From Phycisphaerae bacterium (GTDB lineage: Bacteria > Planctomycetota > Phycisphaerae > Sedimentisphaerales > UBA12454): a stretch of DNA of 64,000 nucleotides. Location of the stretch: contig JBAZTW010000002.1 in NCBI GenBank assembly GCA_041661665.1, positions 62,764 to 126,763 on the forward strand, given 5' to 3'. A model generated the notes under the pieces. That model was not told the DNA's origin. It did no database searches and saw only the letters and a program-made list of their open reading frames with translations. Position 1 is the stretch's first letter, and every line of letters begins with the position of its first letter. Below are positions 62,426 through 64,000 of the stretch, piece after piece. The position numbers were made by a program, and so were the translations under genes.

Positions 62426-63409
62426 TCATCGGCTGTAGCCGTTCGGGTTTTTGCTGTGCCATTTCCACGCTGTTTCAACTATTTTTTCAAGTTCCGGAAA
62501 TTTAACTTTCCAGCCCAACTCCTTTTTCGCCTTCGTCGCATCAGCCGTCAAAACCGCAGGGTCTCCATTTCTTCGCGGTACTATCGTTACCTTAAAATCG
62601 GTTCCTGACACCTTTTTAACAGTCTCGATTACCTGCCTAACAGAATACCCCTTTCCATTGCCGAGATTATAAATCTGCTCGCTGCCGCTTTGAAGTTTTT
62701 CAAGCGCAAGCAAATGCGCTGAACACAAATCCTCAATATGAATATAATCCCTTACGCACGTCCCATCTTCAGTCGGGTAATCGTCGCCAAAAACTTTTAT
62801 ATCTTCCCTTTTGCCCATTGCCGCTGCGATTATGAGCGGAATAAGATGGCTTTCAGGCTTATGGTCTTCGCCAAGCGTTCCGTCTCCGCCAGCGCCGGCA
62901 GCGTTAAAATATCTCAACGCCGCATAATTAAGCCTCCCCGTCAAACTCTGAAAATGGCACATCCTTTCAACAGCCCACTTTGTCTCGCCATAAGGATTGA
63001 TGGCTTTTTTTTGCAGTTCTTCGGTAATAGGTGTTTGAGCGGGAATGCCGTAAACTGCCGCTGTGCTGGAAAAAACAAACTTGCCGACCCCGCATTTCTC
63101 CATCGCACTGAGCAAGTTATGCGTATTGCACAAATTATTGCGATAAAATTTCAAAGGCTCTTTTACCGACTCGCCAACCTCAATAAACGCGGCAAAATGC
63201 ATTACCGCATCTATTTTTTTATCCGTCAAAACTTTTTTAAGCAAATCGAAATCAGCCAAATCCCCTTTAACAAACTCAGCATCTCTGACTGCTTCTCTGT
63301 GGCCGGAACTTAAATTATCAAAAACCGTCGGCTGATGCCCTGCCTCTGCGAGCATTGCCGTCATATTGCTGCCAATATATCCCGCCCCGCCGCAAACCAA
63401 AACTTTCAT
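62426..63409 (-). CDS. galE: UDP-glucose 4-epimerase
   Basis: MKVLVCGGAGYIGSN, YGETK (YxxxK), full-length SDR-extended pattern. Confidence 0.9.
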   Translation of the reverse strand: MKVLVCGGAGYIGSNMTAMLAEAGHQPTVFDNLSSGHREAVRDAEFVKGDLADFDLLKKVLTDKKIDAVMHFAAFIEVGESVKEPLKFYRNNLCNTHNLLSAMEKCGVGKFVFSSTAAVYGIPAQTPITEELQKKAINPYGETKWAVERMCHFQSLTGRLNYAALRYFNAAGAGGDGTLGEDHKPESHLIPLIIAAAMGKREDIKVFGDDYPTEDGTCVRDYIHIEDLCSAHLLALEKLQSGSEQIYNLGNGKGYSVRQVIETVKKVSGTDFKVTIVPRRNGDPAVLTADATKAKKELGWKVKFPELEKIVETAWKWHSKNPNGYSR

Positions 63410-63981
63410 TATTTTTTACCCTTCTTGGGATTGTTCAGTCTTTTTTCAACTTTTTTAAGGATATACGCCTCCAGACTGTTATCCCGTCCGAGATTCACCC
63501 AGTCCATTTTACTTTTCTGTTCCTCGTTGAGTCTCAATGTCTGATTTCCTTCTCTGCTCTCCGAGAACATAGCGTATGCTCTCGCCGAACTGTCTATTTC
63601 TTTTTCAGGAATTGACAGCCTCTCAAGTTTCACATTACAATTTATGCACATCTGCCCGTTGTTTTCTGAAAACCTCAGTTCCGCTGTCCGCTGAATACTG
63701 TGCAAATTCGCCATCCCGCTGTTATACCCGCCGCGGTTATCCTGCCTCCACACTTCAAGGAACTGCCCGCCCGCCAAAGGCTTTGTCCGCACAATACCGC
63801 TATCAACATCAAATTTTTCTATAACAAAATCCATTCTAATCAGAGCCTTCTCCGCCTCCAGCATAACAGAATTTGCATCCATACCCGTCAGGCATATAGG
63901 CTTAGGCTCGAAATGCTGCCTTTTTGCGCATCCGCTTATCAAACAGGCTGTTATAAACAGTAAAATTATGTATCTTGCCAT
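63409..63981 (-). CDS. Lipoprotein, unknown function
   Basis: Lipobox LISGCAK. 190 aa. Its stop overlaps the galE start by 1 nt. Confidence 0.6.
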   Translation of the reverse strand: MARYIILLFITACLISGCAKRQHFEPKPICLTGMDANSVMLEAEKALIRMDFVIEKFDVDSGIVRTKPLAGGQFLEVWRQDNRGGYNSGMANLHSIQRTAELRFSENNGQMCINCNVKLERLSIPEKEIDSSARAYAMFSESREGNQTLRLNEEQKSKMDWVNLGRDNSLEAYILKKVEKRLNNPKKGKK

Positions 63982-64000
63982 TTTTTAATCCTTTAAAACT

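Overview
All calls come from reading the sequence and the ORF track; no searches or computations were run, and the composition statements are by-eye estimates.

This is a 64-kb chromosomal window with about 57 supportable protein genes and one tRNA-Thr(CGU). The gene content suggests a PVC-group bacterium (Planctomycetota/Phycisphaerae-like or Lentisphaerota/Kiritimatiellota-like), but this is tentative. The supporting content is three PEP-CTERM proteins, prepilin-type pseudopilins, GH78/GH5 glycan genes, a TMTC-like GT-C/TPR protein and a eukaryote-type hexokinase.

Gene order:
- Glycan-utilisation cluster: URO-D-like, GH78-like, GPH symporter, GH5-like.
- STAS/RsbW-like partner-switching pair, lipoprotein amidase, TMTC-like glycosyltransferase.
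- A 1-kb non-coding repeat mosaic, then gpsA.
- A type IV pilus/T2SS-like operon: pilM-N-O, an unknown gene, pilB, pilT, pilC, two pseudopilins.
- An aroD-aroE fusion preceded by a stand-alone LeuA-regulatory-domain gene.
- ribF, a RAYT-type transposase, nrnA, two PEP-CTERM genes.
- A second repeat mosaic, an AT-rich OLD/TOPRIM-type ATPase gene, uvrB, nadC, birA.
- A NodC/HasA-like GT2, a CPBP protease, a DUF5678 + retropepsin-like cassette, an EndoIII-like gene.
- hypF, a PocR-AraC regulator, dxr, rseP.
- A methyltransferase/GT2/polytopic-membrane cluster and a third PEP-CTERM gene.
- dapA, pdxJ, an envelope cluster (lipoprotein, HEAT, beta-propeller), purH, tRNA-Thr, hexokinase, galE.

Most of the window is housekeeping. 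The unusual content is:
1. An AT-rich single-gene island encoding an ABC/OLD-type ATPase fused to a TOPRIM-like domain. This is the best candidate for a novel or defence-type system.
2. A very dense population of palindromic and mosaic repeats, together with a RAYT gene. It includes a 151-bp composite tandem array, about 255-bp inverted repeats bracketing 16 kb, a MITE-like element with terminal inverted repeats, and hairpin-plus-pyrimidine-tail modules after genes.
3. Two palindromic elements that lie in-frame inside hypF.
4. A TA-like DUF5678 + aspartic protease pair.
5. A candidate periplasmic glycosylation/methylation module.
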